Shown here: one piece after another, positions 47,898 to 57,145 of the stretch
Position numbering within the stretch: position 1 is the first letter of the stretch
Layout: each line of letters opens with the position of its first letter
Assembly (NCBI GenBank): GCA_050250895.1
Contig: JBFWNU010000006.1
Coordinates: 215,513 to 279,512, forward strand
Length of the DNA stretch: 64,000 nt
Source: Vulcanimicrobiota bacterium
GTDB taxonomy: Bacteria; Vulcanimicrobiota; Xenobia; Xenobiales; JADMJV01
Reading direction: 5' to 3'
Notes under the pieces: model-generated
The model's database searches: none
Told to the model about the DNA's origin: nothing
Seen by the model: only the letters and a program-made list of their open reading frames with translations
Made by a program: the position numbers and the translations under genes

Positions 47898-49560
47898 GCA
47901 TCATGGCCCGGCGCTGATAATCGGTCGAGCCGGCATAGTCGCCCAGGCCGTCGTAGATCTTGCCCAGCAGCTTGAGATAGTTCACGCTCTCTTTGCAGTC
48001 GACTCCGTGAGCGCGCTCGACCAGTTCGAGAGCTTCTTTGGCCACCGGTTCGGCCTCGGTGAGCATCTTCTGCCGGGTATAGATGTCGGCCAGCCCAAAG
48101 AGCGACTCGGCCAACTTCAGGGGTTGCTCGGCTGCGAAGGCGCGCCGCATCGCCACCGCCCGGCGATAGAACAGTTCTGCCTTGGCGTGGCGATGCTCGC
48201 GACAAACTTCGGCGAAGTCGTGATACTTGTCCCCCAGCACAGGATCGTCGGGGGCCGAGATCCGTTCCAGCAGTTCCAGGGCCCGCAAACGGGTCTCGAT
48301 GCCTTCTTTGTAGCGATGTTTGGCCAGGTGATTCTGAGCCTCACCATCCCAAACGGGAATAATCCGACGATAGATCTCGGCGGCGCCCTCTTCGTCGCCG
48401 CGAGCGTGTAGCAGATCGGCTAGCCGCAACCGACTCTCCATCAACTGGCTGTCGGTCGGGCGCAATTGAGCCTCGCGCACGGCCAGGCTCTTACGATAGA
48501 GAGCCTCGAGCACGGCCGGTTCGGCCGTTTTGAGCGCCAATTCGTCGACTAGCGCGGCCGCCTCGAGCTGTTGCGGTTGAGGCAGCCTTTCGAGGTTCTC
48601 GAACAGATTCTGAGCCATCTGCTCGAACTCGCGGCGCAGGCCCTCTAGAAGGGCTTGAAAGGCCTGGTCGTTGGCGGGGGCCGAGCCGTCGTCGTTGAGG
48701 GCGAGAGCCGCACTGACCACCACGGCCCGGGCGCCGTGAAAGCCCAGATTGTGGGGGGCCGGATAGGTCACGCCGTGGATGACCACCTCGAGGCCGACGG
48801 ACTCCTCCGACCGGGGCAGGATGCCCATGGCGGCGGAAAATGCGCCCGGTGAGGGTTGCTCGTCGCTCAGCCCCGTAGTAGGCCGGGTTGGCCTGAAGCC
48901 GGGTTCCCCCTGGCTGCGAGTCAAGCAGCGATAGGTCAGGCAGGGCCCCAATTCGATGTTCTCGTCGAGCACTCGGCCGTTGACCTTGATGGTCGCCGGG
49001 GCACAGCGGCAACGCTGCCAGATGACGGCCGCTTCGGGCAACATGCCCGAAAACTTGCTGACGAACTTGGTGACCTTTCTCAATCGCCCTCGTTCGCGCA
49101 GCCGCACTCTGACATTCACCTCGGGATTGTTGGAAAAGTGCTTCGAAAGGGCTTTCAGGACGGGGGCCGAGGGGGTTGCCGACAGCGCGTACCCGTGCTC
49201 GCCCAGCCAACTTTCTACCACCACGGCCTCGGCGTTGGCTTTAAAGGCAGCCCCCAGGCCCACCGCGAGCAGGCGCAGCGGTTGGGGAGCGTGGGCCGGG
49301 ATGAGACCACCGGAAAGAACCGACAGATCGCGCTCTGAGAAAGGGCGCCCGTTGTATTCGAGGATGAAGTCGTCGGCGTCGTTGCGGACATCGACGAAGG
49401 TGGCCCCCGAGGCGATGGCAGCCGCCACGAAGCGCAAGACATAGGCGCTCGGATCGCCGAGGTTGATGTTTTCGAGGCCGCGCCGCGCTAGATCGACACC
49501 CATCTCGCTGACCTGGTCGAGGGCATTGGTCAAAAAGCCCAGGTCTTGTTTTTCCGCCAT
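47881..49560 (-). CDS. Protein with degenerate GHKL-like N-terminus and C-terminal TPR repeats
   Basis: VLRFVAAAIASGA..VDV resembles a decayed GHKL N-box; KLC-like TPRs at the C-terminus. Confidence 0.7.
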   Translation of the reverse strand: MAEKQDLGFLTNALDQVSEMGVDLARRGLENINLGDPSAYVLRFVAAAIASGATFVDVRNDADDFILEYNGRPFSERDLSVLSGGLIPAHAPQPLRLLAVGLGAAFKANAEAVVVESWLGEHGYALSATPSAPVLKALSKHFSNNPEVNVRVRLRERGRLRKVTKFVSKFSGMLPEAAVIWQRCRCAPATIKVNGRVLDENIELGPCLTYRCLTRSQGEPGFRPTRPTTGLSDEQPSPGAFSAAMGILPRSEESVGLEVVIHGVTYPAPHNLGFHGARAVVVSAALALNDDGSAPANDQAFQALLEGLRREFEQMAQNLFENLERLPQPQQLEAAALVDELALKTAEPAVLEALYRKSLAVREAQLRPTDSQLMESRLRLADLLHARGDEEGAAEIYRRIIPVWDGEAQNHLAKHRYKEGIETRLRALELLERISAPDDPVLGDKYHDFAEVCREHRHAKAELFYRRAVAMRRAFAAEQPLKLAESLFGLADIYTRQKMLTEAEPVAKEALELVERAHGVDCKESVNYLKLLGKIYDGLGDYAGSTDYQRRAMMLKYKR

Positions 49561-49933
49561 GTTTCCACTTTTGCTGCTGCTTCCAGGCTTCCCTTCCGTC
49601 TCAGCCTGGCATTCTCTGTTGGGGTGAGCGAGATTCTTTACTTCGCGTATCGAGGACACGATAAAAATTTCTCCGAGAGACAAGTGGCTAAGTGGACTGA
49701 CTAGAACTGACCACTCCCATCGGCTACGTTTCGGGCTTCACACCAGGAAAGGCTCTTTGTGACCGTCTCGATTCTTTTATGCAGCTGGAGGTGGATGATT
49801 TTTCACTTTGTTGATTAGTTGGACTCGGCCGCTTGGTCGTCTGTTTTTCGAGTTTTAACCGGACGTGGGTGAAGTGGTTCTGACTGTGAGTTATCCAGGG
49901 ATACTTGTTCGTTTGGTAAATGAGGATCGTTGG

Positions 49934-49962
49934 TTTACAGCCATGGGGTTTTGGCGTATACT
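49934..49962 (+). promoter_or_regulatory. Sigma70-type promoter for the PilZ gene
   Basis: TTTACA(49934-49939)-N17-TATACT(49957-49962). Confidence 0.65.
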
Positions 49963-49985
49963 GCCGATGGGGGATTGGAAATTGT

Positions 49986-50330
49986 ATGCAGAACGTTAGT
50001 GAAAAACGGCTTTTCTCGCGCATTGGCTGCGGGCTCGACTTGACTCTTCGCCGGTCGCTCGGCGACCAGTACTGCTCGGTGTCTTGTCGCGACCTCAGTC
50101 TGTCCGGGCTCGGCCTACGGCAAGCCAGAGACATTCAAGTGGGAGAAGAGGTCCAGGTCACCCTGGAGGGGTTTCCGCCTGTCAAGGCTCAGGTGAAATG
50201 GCTCAGTGAACGAGGGGCCGGACTAAGCTTTCAGGGCAGCCTGGGCCAGATCGCCGACACCTGGGTGGGAGAGGTTCTCGCTGCCCACGGCATTCGTGTG
50301 AAAGACCTGTTGGAAAAGGTCGCGGGCTAG
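49986..50330 (+). CDS. PilZ-domain protein
   Basis: RLFSR (RxxxR) and DLSLSG (DxSxxG), VKW, GLSF. Confidence 0.85.
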   Translation: MQNVSEKRLFSRIGCGLDLTLRRSLGDQYCSVSCRDLSLSGLGLRQARDIQVGEEVQVTLEGFPPVKAQVKWLSERGAGLSFQGSLGQIADTWVGEVLAAHGIRVKDLLEKVAG

Positions 50331-50335
50331 CTCTC

Positions 50336-51145
50336 TTGCCGGCATCGGCCAGGCTTGGCGTCGATCTGGGAGCTTCCCGGGTTCGCTGTTATCAGGTGTT
50401 GTCTGACTACAGTCTGGGTGAGATTCGAGCTGAGCGAGGGTTCAGTCCGTTCGTTCCCCCGGCTCGCGAGTTCCAGCTTCAGAACGGGGCCCACTCGAAG
50501 GCTGAGCAAGTCGCCGCCCAGGAACGGGTCGAGCGAATCGCGGCAACCATTAACGAATGTCTCAATGGGCTGGAGAGGCCCGAGGCTACCCTGGCCGTGG
50601 CCGCTCCCGGTCTCAAGAACGAGGCTCGCGACAGCATCGTGGTCAGTGTCAACGGCCCACGGATCGAGGCTTTGACCACGCGCCTGACAGAGTTGACGGG
50701 GTTGCCTTGTGGACCCCTGGGCGACGACTCGGTGATGGCGGCGCTGGCCGAGCAAGTCGCTCCCGGCGGTCAGTTGCGGGGGGTGTCCAACGCCTACTAC
50801 GTCGGGCCGGGCACCGGCCTGGCCGAGGCTATTCTCCAGGACGGGCGCTGGCTTGTTTCAGGGGACTATTCCCGGGCGTGGGAGCTTGGCCTCGAGATGG
50901 GCCTTCGCGGTCAGGCCTGGCTGGCCGACCCTCACGGTTCGCGACATCGCCTGTTAGGGCTCATCGAGTTGCGGCTCGACGAATTTACCCTCGAGCGGGT
51001 GGTGCTGGGCCAACGCTTGAGCGGCCAACCCGAGGTGGCCGATTGGCTGGCGCAGCAGCTGCCCCTGGATGTGGTCTGTTCCCGACTGATCGGCGCGGCT
51101 GCCATTGGGGCTGTTCACAGTTTGGGTCGAACGCTCACGGCATAG
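50336..51145 (+). CDS. Divergent ROK-family (sugar-kinase-like) protein
   Basis: LGVDLGASRV, AVAAPG, DDSVMAALAE, GPGTGLA, AAAIGA. Confidence 0.7.
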   Translation: MPASARLGVDLGASRVRCYQVLSDYSLGEIRAERGFSPFVPPAREFQLQNGAHSKAEQVAAQERVERIAATINECLNGLERPEATLAVAAPGLKNEARDSIVVSVNGPRIEALTTRLTELTGLPCGPLGDDSVMAALAEQVAPGGQLRGVSNAYYVGPGTGLAEAILQDGRWLVSGDYSRAWELGLEMGLRGQAWLADPHGSRHRLLGLIELRLDEFTLERVVLGQRLSGQPEVADWLAQQLPLDVVCSRLIGAAAIGAVHSLGRTLTA

Positions 51146-51588
51146 GATTGTCGCCATCGGTCGAGAACCCCCATGGCGTGAGTGAAGAGCGTTTGCCTGA
51201 ACTCCCATCCCGTTTCGAGTTCCTGCTAGAAGGGTTACGAAGCCGGCAGGCTTTCGCCCTGGCCCGGGCTAGGGGAGGACCTTTTCGTTATGCGTCCAGC
51301 CGCAACGTCACGCCCGAGCCGGGCGAGACCGGCCGGACCGGTGGAGCTAGCTGGGATCAGGGAGCTACCCATAGCGGCGACCGGCCTTTGCGCGAAGACA
51401 ACACCCGTCGTTGGAAGGTTCAGGGCCAGGCTGTCGATGGTCGCTTCAAGACCTACCTGCGGTCGGGCCCGGGGGGTGAAACCAAGCCCAAGCTTCCCCT
51501 CGACCGGGGCGCCCGCGATCTGGCCAGCCAGCGCCAGTCGCTTCTGACCCGCCATCAGAGCTTGCGTCGGCACACTCAGTGCAAAGGC

Positions 51589-52212
51589 TTGTCGATAGCC
51601 GTGGAAGGGCATCCTCTGCTCTATCCTCGGGCTTTTATGACCACCTTTCCGGCCGCTTTGAGCGAGCTGAGGACCTCGCCGGAGGTCATCAACATGCTGG
51701 CCATCACCCCCCCCGATCGACCCGACACCCGCCAGGCCGTGCGCGACCTGTTGCGCCACGGAGGCTTCAAGCCCAGCGGACGAAGCAAGCCCGCCTGGGA
51801 GTTTCTCGACAAGGCCTGCGCCGACGGACGCTTAGGTTCGATCAACCTGGCGGTCGATTTCTGTAACGCCTTTTCGCTTCACGCCGGCATCCCCATCAGC
51901 GTGCTCGACTTCGAGCGCATGGTCCCACCTCTGCGTATTGCCGTGGGTCAAGCTGGGGAGTCCTACGTGTTCAATCCATCCGGGCAAGTGCTCGAACTGA
52001 CAGGCCTGCTCACCCTCTATGACGCCAATGGCCCCTGCGGTGGTCCGGTCAAGGACTCGCAACGCACCAAGACCCACGAAGGCACGACCCGCACCCTCAC
52101 GGTAGTCTGGGGATGCGAAGAGTTTCACGCCCTGGTCGACGATCTCTTCCAGAGCTATTGCGCGGCGCTGCTTGATTGCGGAGCCATCGTCGAGGAGGTG
52201 CGATGCGGGTAA
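51589..52212 (+). CDS. B3/B4-domain protein (PheRS editing-like)
   Basis: FKPSGRSKPAWEFL, INLAVDFCNAFSL, PISVLD, DSQRTK; start uncertain because the frame is open back to 50557. Confidence 0.85.
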   Translation: MSIAVEGHPLLYPRAFMTTFPAALSELRTSPEVINMLAITPPDRPDTRQAVRDLLRHGGFKPSGRSKPAWEFLDKACADGRLGSINLAVDFCNAFSLHAGIPISVLDFERMVPPLRIAVGQAGESYVFNPSGQVLELTGLLTLYDANGPCGGPVKDSQRTKTHEGTTRTLTVVWGCEEFHALVDDLFQSYCAALLDCGAIVEEVRCG

Positions 52213-53384
52213 GTCGGGTCGTGAGCCAGGCTCGAGACATCGCCCAACAGATCGACCGGATCCCCTACGAAGAGCAACCGGACGCTTTCTTCGAAGCCGT
52301 GCGCGCTAGCGATATCCCTTTTCTGTCTTGTGCTCTAAGCCATCGACCAGGCAAGCTCTTCGAGTTGACCTTCGAATGTCTCTACTGGCTTTCTCGCGCG
52401 TCGCTACCTCTCACGGTAGGATTGACCATGCATTCCTATATGCTCGCAGGCCTGGCCACCGCCCCCGTTGCAGCTCCCACACCCCTGGCTCAAAAGCGCA
52501 CGGAATTACTGGAGCGTATCCATCAGGAGCGCTTGCTGGTAGCGGTGTCGAGCTTCGGAGATCGCATCAAGGCTGCCGGTCAGCCCCGCCACGAGATTCG
52601 CCTCGAGCCCGATGGCGACGGATTCTTGGCCCGCGGGCGCAAGATGTTCCAGTCGATGGCGAGCTACGCCGATTGGATCACTTTCGCGGCCGACCTCGAC
52701 GAGGTGGGTCTGTGCTTTTTCATCACACCTCTCAAAGGCGTTCCCGAACTGGTCCTGGGGGACCGCCTCTTCGGTGGCGCCATGGCTCACACGGACACGC
52801 GGATTCTCGACTACAACGACCTCAAGGTGGGCCCCGAGAAGATCTTGTGCTTGGAGAACGACGCCACTTTCGACCTGCTACACTACGCGACTGCCTGGTT
52901 CGAGGGACTGGTGGGCGGAGCCTATCTAGGAGCCGTCTCCCGGGCCCTGGAAGAAGCGCGCGTCTTTGCCAATCAGGTGCGTACCCCCCAGGGCTTGACC
53001 CTGGCCGAACTCGACGGCGTGGTCGTCGATGTCGGCAAACTGGCCCTGCGCCACCGAGCCGCCCTGGAGCTGGGTCGCCACTTTCAAGCGCAGCTCGAGT
53101 TGGTCAAAGTCCAGAATTTCAGACCTGCCAGCCTGTCGTTGCTCGAATCCTCGTCGGGTATCAAGCACCATTGTGCTGAGGCCGTCAACGAGGTCATGGG
53201 TGGGGTACGAGCCCTGATCGGGACCCGCACCATGAGCCCGGGCAGCCTGCTGCATCGCCTCAATGAGCAGGTAGTGTTTTGCCAACTGCACCCCATGATG
53301 GCGGCCACCATCGAGCGCGATTTCGGGGCGCAGCTGCTCAATGACAACGAGTTTCTCGGACTCGACGAACCCAACCAGGGATAG
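52203..53384 (+). CDS. Acyl-CoA dehydrogenase-family flavoprotein
   Basis: GLTMH, GRKMFQS, YLGAVSRALE; GAGGAGG RBS. Confidence 0.8.
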   Translation: MRVSRVVSQARDIAQQIDRIPYEEQPDAFFEAVRASDIPFLSCALSHRPGKLFELTFECLYWLSRASLPLTVGLTMHSYMLAGLATAPVAAPTPLAQKRTELLERIHQERLLVAVSSFGDRIKAAGQPRHEIRLEPDGDGFLARGRKMFQSMASYADWITFAADLDEVGLCFFITPLKGVPELVLGDRLFGGAMAHTDTRILDYNDLKVGPEKILCLENDATFDLLHYATAWFEGLVGGAYLGAVSRALEEARVFANQVRTPQGLTLAELDGVVVDVGKLALRHRAALELGRHFQAQLELVKVQNFRPASLSLLESSSGIKHHCAEAVNEVMGGVRALIGTRTMSPGSLLHRLNEQVVFCQLHPMMAATIERDFGAQLLNDNEFLGLDEPNQG

Positions 53385-53425
53385 ATGCCGGCCACTCAGA
53401 AGGTGCCCGCCTTGGAGGCTACGCG

Positions 53426-54349
53426 ATGACGAACCGTTTCGGACTAATGGCCACGGCCATGGTGACCCCTTTTACCGATAACCTCGAGGTAGACTACGAT
53501 AAAGCCGCCAAACTGGCGGTGAAGCTGGTCGAGGAGGGTAACGATTCGCTGGTGGTGTGCGGCACGACCGGAGAATCCCCCGTGCTCAGCTCAGACGAAA
53601 AGGTCAAGCTCTTCAAAACCGTCAAAACGGCCGTGGGACCGAAGGTTCCGGTCATCGCCGGCACCGGCTCTTACGATACGAAAGCTACCATCAAGTTGTC
53701 CCTGCAGGCGGCCGAAGCCGGGGCCGACGCCCTGCTGCTGGTGGCTCCTTACTATAACAAGCCTTCGCAAGAGGGTCTGTACCAGCACTTCCAGGCGATC
53801 TTCGAGGCAGTAGAACTGCCGGCCATGCTCTACAACATCCCCGGCCGAACCGGGGTCGAGATCCTCCCCGAGACGTTGGCCCGATTGGCCGAGCACCCAC
53901 GCGCCGTGGCCGTGAAGCAGTCGCTGCTTTCGGTCGATCCCATCAGCGACCTTTCCGCTCGCCTCTCGCGGGTCAAGGTCGGGGCCGGAGCGTCCGGAGC
54001 CGGCGAGGCCTCGATGGCCATCTATAGCGGTGATGACTCCAACATCTTGCCTCACCTGTCGGTCGGCGGAAAGGGCGTGGTCAGTGTGGCCGGCCACGTG
54101 GCCGCTCGACCTATCAAGCAGATGCTCGAAGCCTTCGTGGCCGGGCGGGTGCAAGATGCCATCGACCTGCACCTGCGCCTGTTCCCCCTCTTCAAGGTGT
54201 TGTTCGTGACCAGCAACCCGGCTCCGGTGAAGGCGGCCCTGGCCCTTCAGGGCTTTCCGGTGGGTGGCGTCCGACTGCCGCTGGTGGCGGCCAACGCCGA
54301 CGAGGTGGCCCAGGTGAAAGCCGTGATGAGCGAGGCCGGCTTGCTCTAA
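53426..54349 (+). CDS. dapA: 4-hydroxy-tetrahydrodipicolinate synthase
   Basis: TAMVTPF, GTTGES, PYYNKP, YNIPGRTG, AVKQS, YSGDD, NPAPVK. Confidence 0.97.
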   Translation: MTNRFGLMATAMVTPFTDNLEVDYDKAAKLAVKLVEEGNDSLVVCGTTGESPVLSSDEKVKLFKTVKTAVGPKVPVIAGTGSYDTKATIKLSLQAAEAGADALLLVAPYYNKPSQEGLYQHFQAIFEAVELPAMLYNIPGRTGVEILPETLARLAEHPRAVAVKQSLLSVDPISDLSARLSRVKVGAGASGAGEASMAIYSGDDSNILPHLSVGGKGVVSVAGHVAARPIKQMLEAFVAGRVQDAIDLHLRLFPLFKVLFVTSNPAPVKAALALQGFPVGGVRLPLVAANADEVAQVKAVMSEAGLL

Positions 54350-55642
54350 GTGGAGATCGTCGTTTCGCCCGGCGGCGTCTGGGACACTACCATTGCCGTG
54401 CCTGGCGACAAGTCGCTCAGTCACCGCGCCCTCATGTTCGCGGCCATGGCCGAAGGCCAATCGGCGGTGCGCGGCCTTTCGCCCGGGGCCGACGTGCGCT
54501 CGACAGCCCGCTGCTTGCGTCAACTGGGTGCCTCGTTCTCTAAACTCGACGCCGACCTGGTCAAATGTCGAGGTTGGGGCAAAGCTGGCCTTCGCGAGCC
54601 TCAGACGGTGCTCAACTGCGGCAACTCGGGCACCAGCATGCGTCTTTTAGCCGGGATGTGCAGCTCGCGCTCGGGCCTGAAGATCCTGACCGGCGACAAG
54701 TCGCTGAGCGCCCGGCCGATGGGTCGCATCATCGAGCCCTTGACCCACATGGGCGCCCAGGTGCGAGCTCGTCAGGGCGATCGACTGCCCCCCCTGGTGG
54801 TGCTGGGTGCTCGACTCAAGGCCATCGACTATGCCCTGCCGGTGGCCAGCGCTCAGGTGAAGTCGTGTGTGATGCTGGCCGCTCTGGCCGCCGAGGGGAC
54901 TACACGCTTGCGCGAGCTGGCTCCTACTCGCGATCACACCGAACGCATGCTGGCCAGCCTGGGGGTGCCGGTGCGCCAGAATGGCGACTGGCTCGAGGTT
55001 GACCCGGTCGAGTGTCTGCCCAACTTCGAGTTCACCGTGCCCGGGGACGTTTCGTCGGCCGCTTTTCTGCTGGCCGCCACCCTGGTCACTCCGGGCGCCC
55101 ACACGGTGGTCCAGGGGGTTGGTCTCAATCCCGGTCGCACCGGCTTTCTCGACATTCTCAAACGCATGGGAGCCCGGCTCGAGGTACGCCAGACCGGCCA
55201 GGAAATGGGCGAGCCGGTGGGCGAGGTCGAGGCCTTCGGCTCCGAGCTCAAAGCCGTCGAGGTGGGACCCGACGAGGTGCCGGGAGCCATCGACGAGTTG
55301 CCCTTGCTGGCCGTGGTGGCCTGTCAGGCTCAGGGCATCACTCGCTTGCACGGGGCCGAGGAACTGCGCCACAAAGAGAGCGATCGCATCGCCGCCACCG
55401 TGGGCGAACTGGCGCGCATGGGGGCTCGTATCAGCGAGCAACCCGACGGCTTCACCATCGAGGGGCCGTGCCAGCTGACCGGGGCCGTGGTGGGCTGCCA
55501 CCACGATCATCGCCTCGAGATGGGACTGGCCGTGGCCGCGCTCTCGGCCCGCGGAGAGACCCGGCTCAAAGGAGCCGGCTGGGCGGCTGTCTCGTTTCCT
55601 AACTTCTGGGAATTGTTTCCCGGAAAATCCAGCCAGCGATGA
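54350..55642 (+). CDS. aroA: 3-phosphoshikimate 1-carboxyvinyltransferase
   Basis: PGDKSLSHR, GNSGTSMR, SAQVKS, RDHTERM, KESDRI, DHR. Confidence 0.97.
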   Translation: MEIVVSPGGVWDTTIAVPGDKSLSHRALMFAAMAEGQSAVRGLSPGADVRSTARCLRQLGASFSKLDADLVKCRGWGKAGLREPQTVLNCGNSGTSMRLLAGMCSSRSGLKILTGDKSLSARPMGRIIEPLTHMGAQVRARQGDRLPPLVVLGARLKAIDYALPVASAQVKSCVMLAALAAEGTTRLRELAPTRDHTERMLASLGVPVRQNGDWLEVDPVECLPNFEFTVPGDVSSAAFLLAATLVTPGAHTVVQGVGLNPGRTGFLDILKRMGARLEVRQTGQEMGEPVGEVEAFGSELKAVEVGPDEVPGAIDELPLLAVVACQAQGITRLHGAEELRHKESDRIAATVGELARMGARISEQPDGFTIEGPCQLTGAVVGCHHDHRLEMGLAVAALSARGETRLKGAGWAAVSFPNFWELFPGKSSQR

Positions 55643-56463
55643 CCCCCGCCACCCGCAGCCTCTGGCTGTTGGGTCACCCGGTGGCCCATTCCCTCTCGCC
55701 AGCCATGCATCGAGCCGCCTACGCGGCCATGGGCCTGGACCTGGTCTATCTGGCCGCCGACCTCGAGCAAAATCAGCTTGGGGCTGCCCTGGCCGGCCTG
55801 GGGGCCCTGGGTGCCCTGGGAGCCAACCTGACCGTGCCTCACAAGGAGGCGGTGCTGGAGCTGGTCGACGAGCTTTCTCCCGAGGCGCGGGCCATCGGCG
55901 CGGTCAACACGCTGGTTTTCACTGGCCAGGGTGTGAAGGGTCACAATACCGATGCGAGTGGGTGGCTGGCCAGCTGGGATGAGGAGATCGGTCTTCCTCT
56001 CCAGGAGCGAGCGGCGATCGTGCTGGGCGCGGGAGGAGCGGCCAGGGCCATCTGTTGGGCTCTAGCCTCGCGCGGTGTCAAAGAACTGACCGTGCTCAAT
56101 CGCACTCCCGCTCGGGCTCAGACGATGCTCGATTCTCTGGGTCTGGCGGCTCGGGTCGGAACGCTCCAGCAGTTTGACCAGTTGGTGACCGACGGCGTGC
56201 TGGTGGTCAACACCACCAGCCTGGGTCTGGCCTCTCAACCCGGTAGCCCCGTCGGCTGGCCCTCGGGCCTGGACGAGGTCGTGGCCTGCGACCTGATCTA
56301 CAATCCCGACCCCACTGCCTTTCTAGCTCAGGCCCCTGGCCGGCGCCTGGGAGGCCTCGGCATGCTGGTGCACCAGGCCGCCCTGGCGATCGAACTGTGG
56401 ACGGGCCAGCGGCCCCCGGTGGGCCTGATGCGTGCCGCGGCCCTGTCGGCCCTGGGCGGCTAA
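55639..56463 (+). CDS. aroE: Shikimate dehydrogenase
   Basis: HSLSPAMH, NLTVPHK, GAVNT, NTD, GAGGAA, GMLVHQA. Confidence 0.96.
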   Translation: MTPATRSLWLLGHPVAHSLSPAMHRAAYAAMGLDLVYLAADLEQNQLGAALAGLGALGALGANLTVPHKEAVLELVDELSPEARAIGAVNTLVFTGQGVKGHNTDASGWLASWDEEIGLPLQERAAIVLGAGGAARAICWALASRGVKELTVLNRTPARAQTMLDSLGLAARVGTLQQFDQLVTDGVLVVNTTSLGLASQPGSPVGWPSGLDEVVACDLIYNPDPTAFLAQAPGRRLGGLGMLVHQAALAIELWTGQRPPVGLMRAAALSALGG

Positions 56464-56491
56464 GGTCCGCGGCAGCGGCGGTTCTAGGGGT

Positions 56492-57058
56492 TCAGAGCAA
56501 CTCGATGGGATCTTCGATCTCCATTTCGAGCAGGCTGGTGCGGCCTTTGAGGCGCTCGTGAATCTTGCGGGCGGCCACCATCGGGGTCAGGTTGGTGGTG
56601 TCCATGCGCACCTTGACCTTGCCATAAATGTTCTTGCGCTCTTCCATCAGGCGGTCGACCTTGTCGGCCACGCCAGAGGGGCTCTGGGCTTTGAGCAGGG
56701 GGCGCTTGTCGGTGCGCTGCAGGCGGCTGACCAGGTCGTCGCGGTCGGTGTAGAGGCAGATTAGCAGGCCGCTCTGGTTGAACAGGTCGAAGACCTCGGG
56801 ATTGACGATGGTGCCGCCCCCGGTGGCAACCACCTTGTTGCGGGTGGCCGCCAACTCTTCGGCCAGCTCTTTTTCGAGGTTGCGAAAGAACTCTTCACCG
56901 TGGGTGGCAAAAATCTCGTTAACGGTCATTCCCATGCGCCGTTCGAGTTCGAGGTCGACATCGATGAACTTGCGCCCCATCGCCCGGCTGAGTTCGCGGC
57001 CAATGGTCGTTTTGCCGGTGCCCATGAACCCCACCAGATATACGTTGCGGTGCTTCAC
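56492..57058 (-). CDS. aroK: Shikimate kinase
   Basis: GFMGTGKT, FRNLE, ATGGG, RPLL; AGGAGG RBS before GTG 57058. Confidence 0.95.
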   Translation of the reverse strand: MKHRNVYLVGFMGTGKTTIGRELSRAMGRKFIDVDLELERRMGMTVNEIFATHGEEFFRNLEKELAEELAATRNKVVATGGGTIVNPEVFDLFNQSGLLICLYTDRDDLVSRLQRTDKRPLLKAQSPSGVADKVDRLMEERKNIYGKVKVRMDTTNLTPMVAARKIHERLKGRTSLLEMEIEDPIELL

Positions 57059-57145
57059 CGATCGCCTCCTGTCTTCGATTTTCGGGTCGGGAGCAGGGTT
57101 TCCTCTGCAAAGGGGCCCGCTGGGGCCGAGACGAACCTCGGGGCG

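Noticed and set aside
49561-49985. Possible riboswitch or sigma28 promoter in the long intergenic region
   Set aside because: No c-di-GMP riboswitch consensus recognisable, and the GCCGATGG boxes lack a properly spaced TAAA; an Rfam scan would be needed
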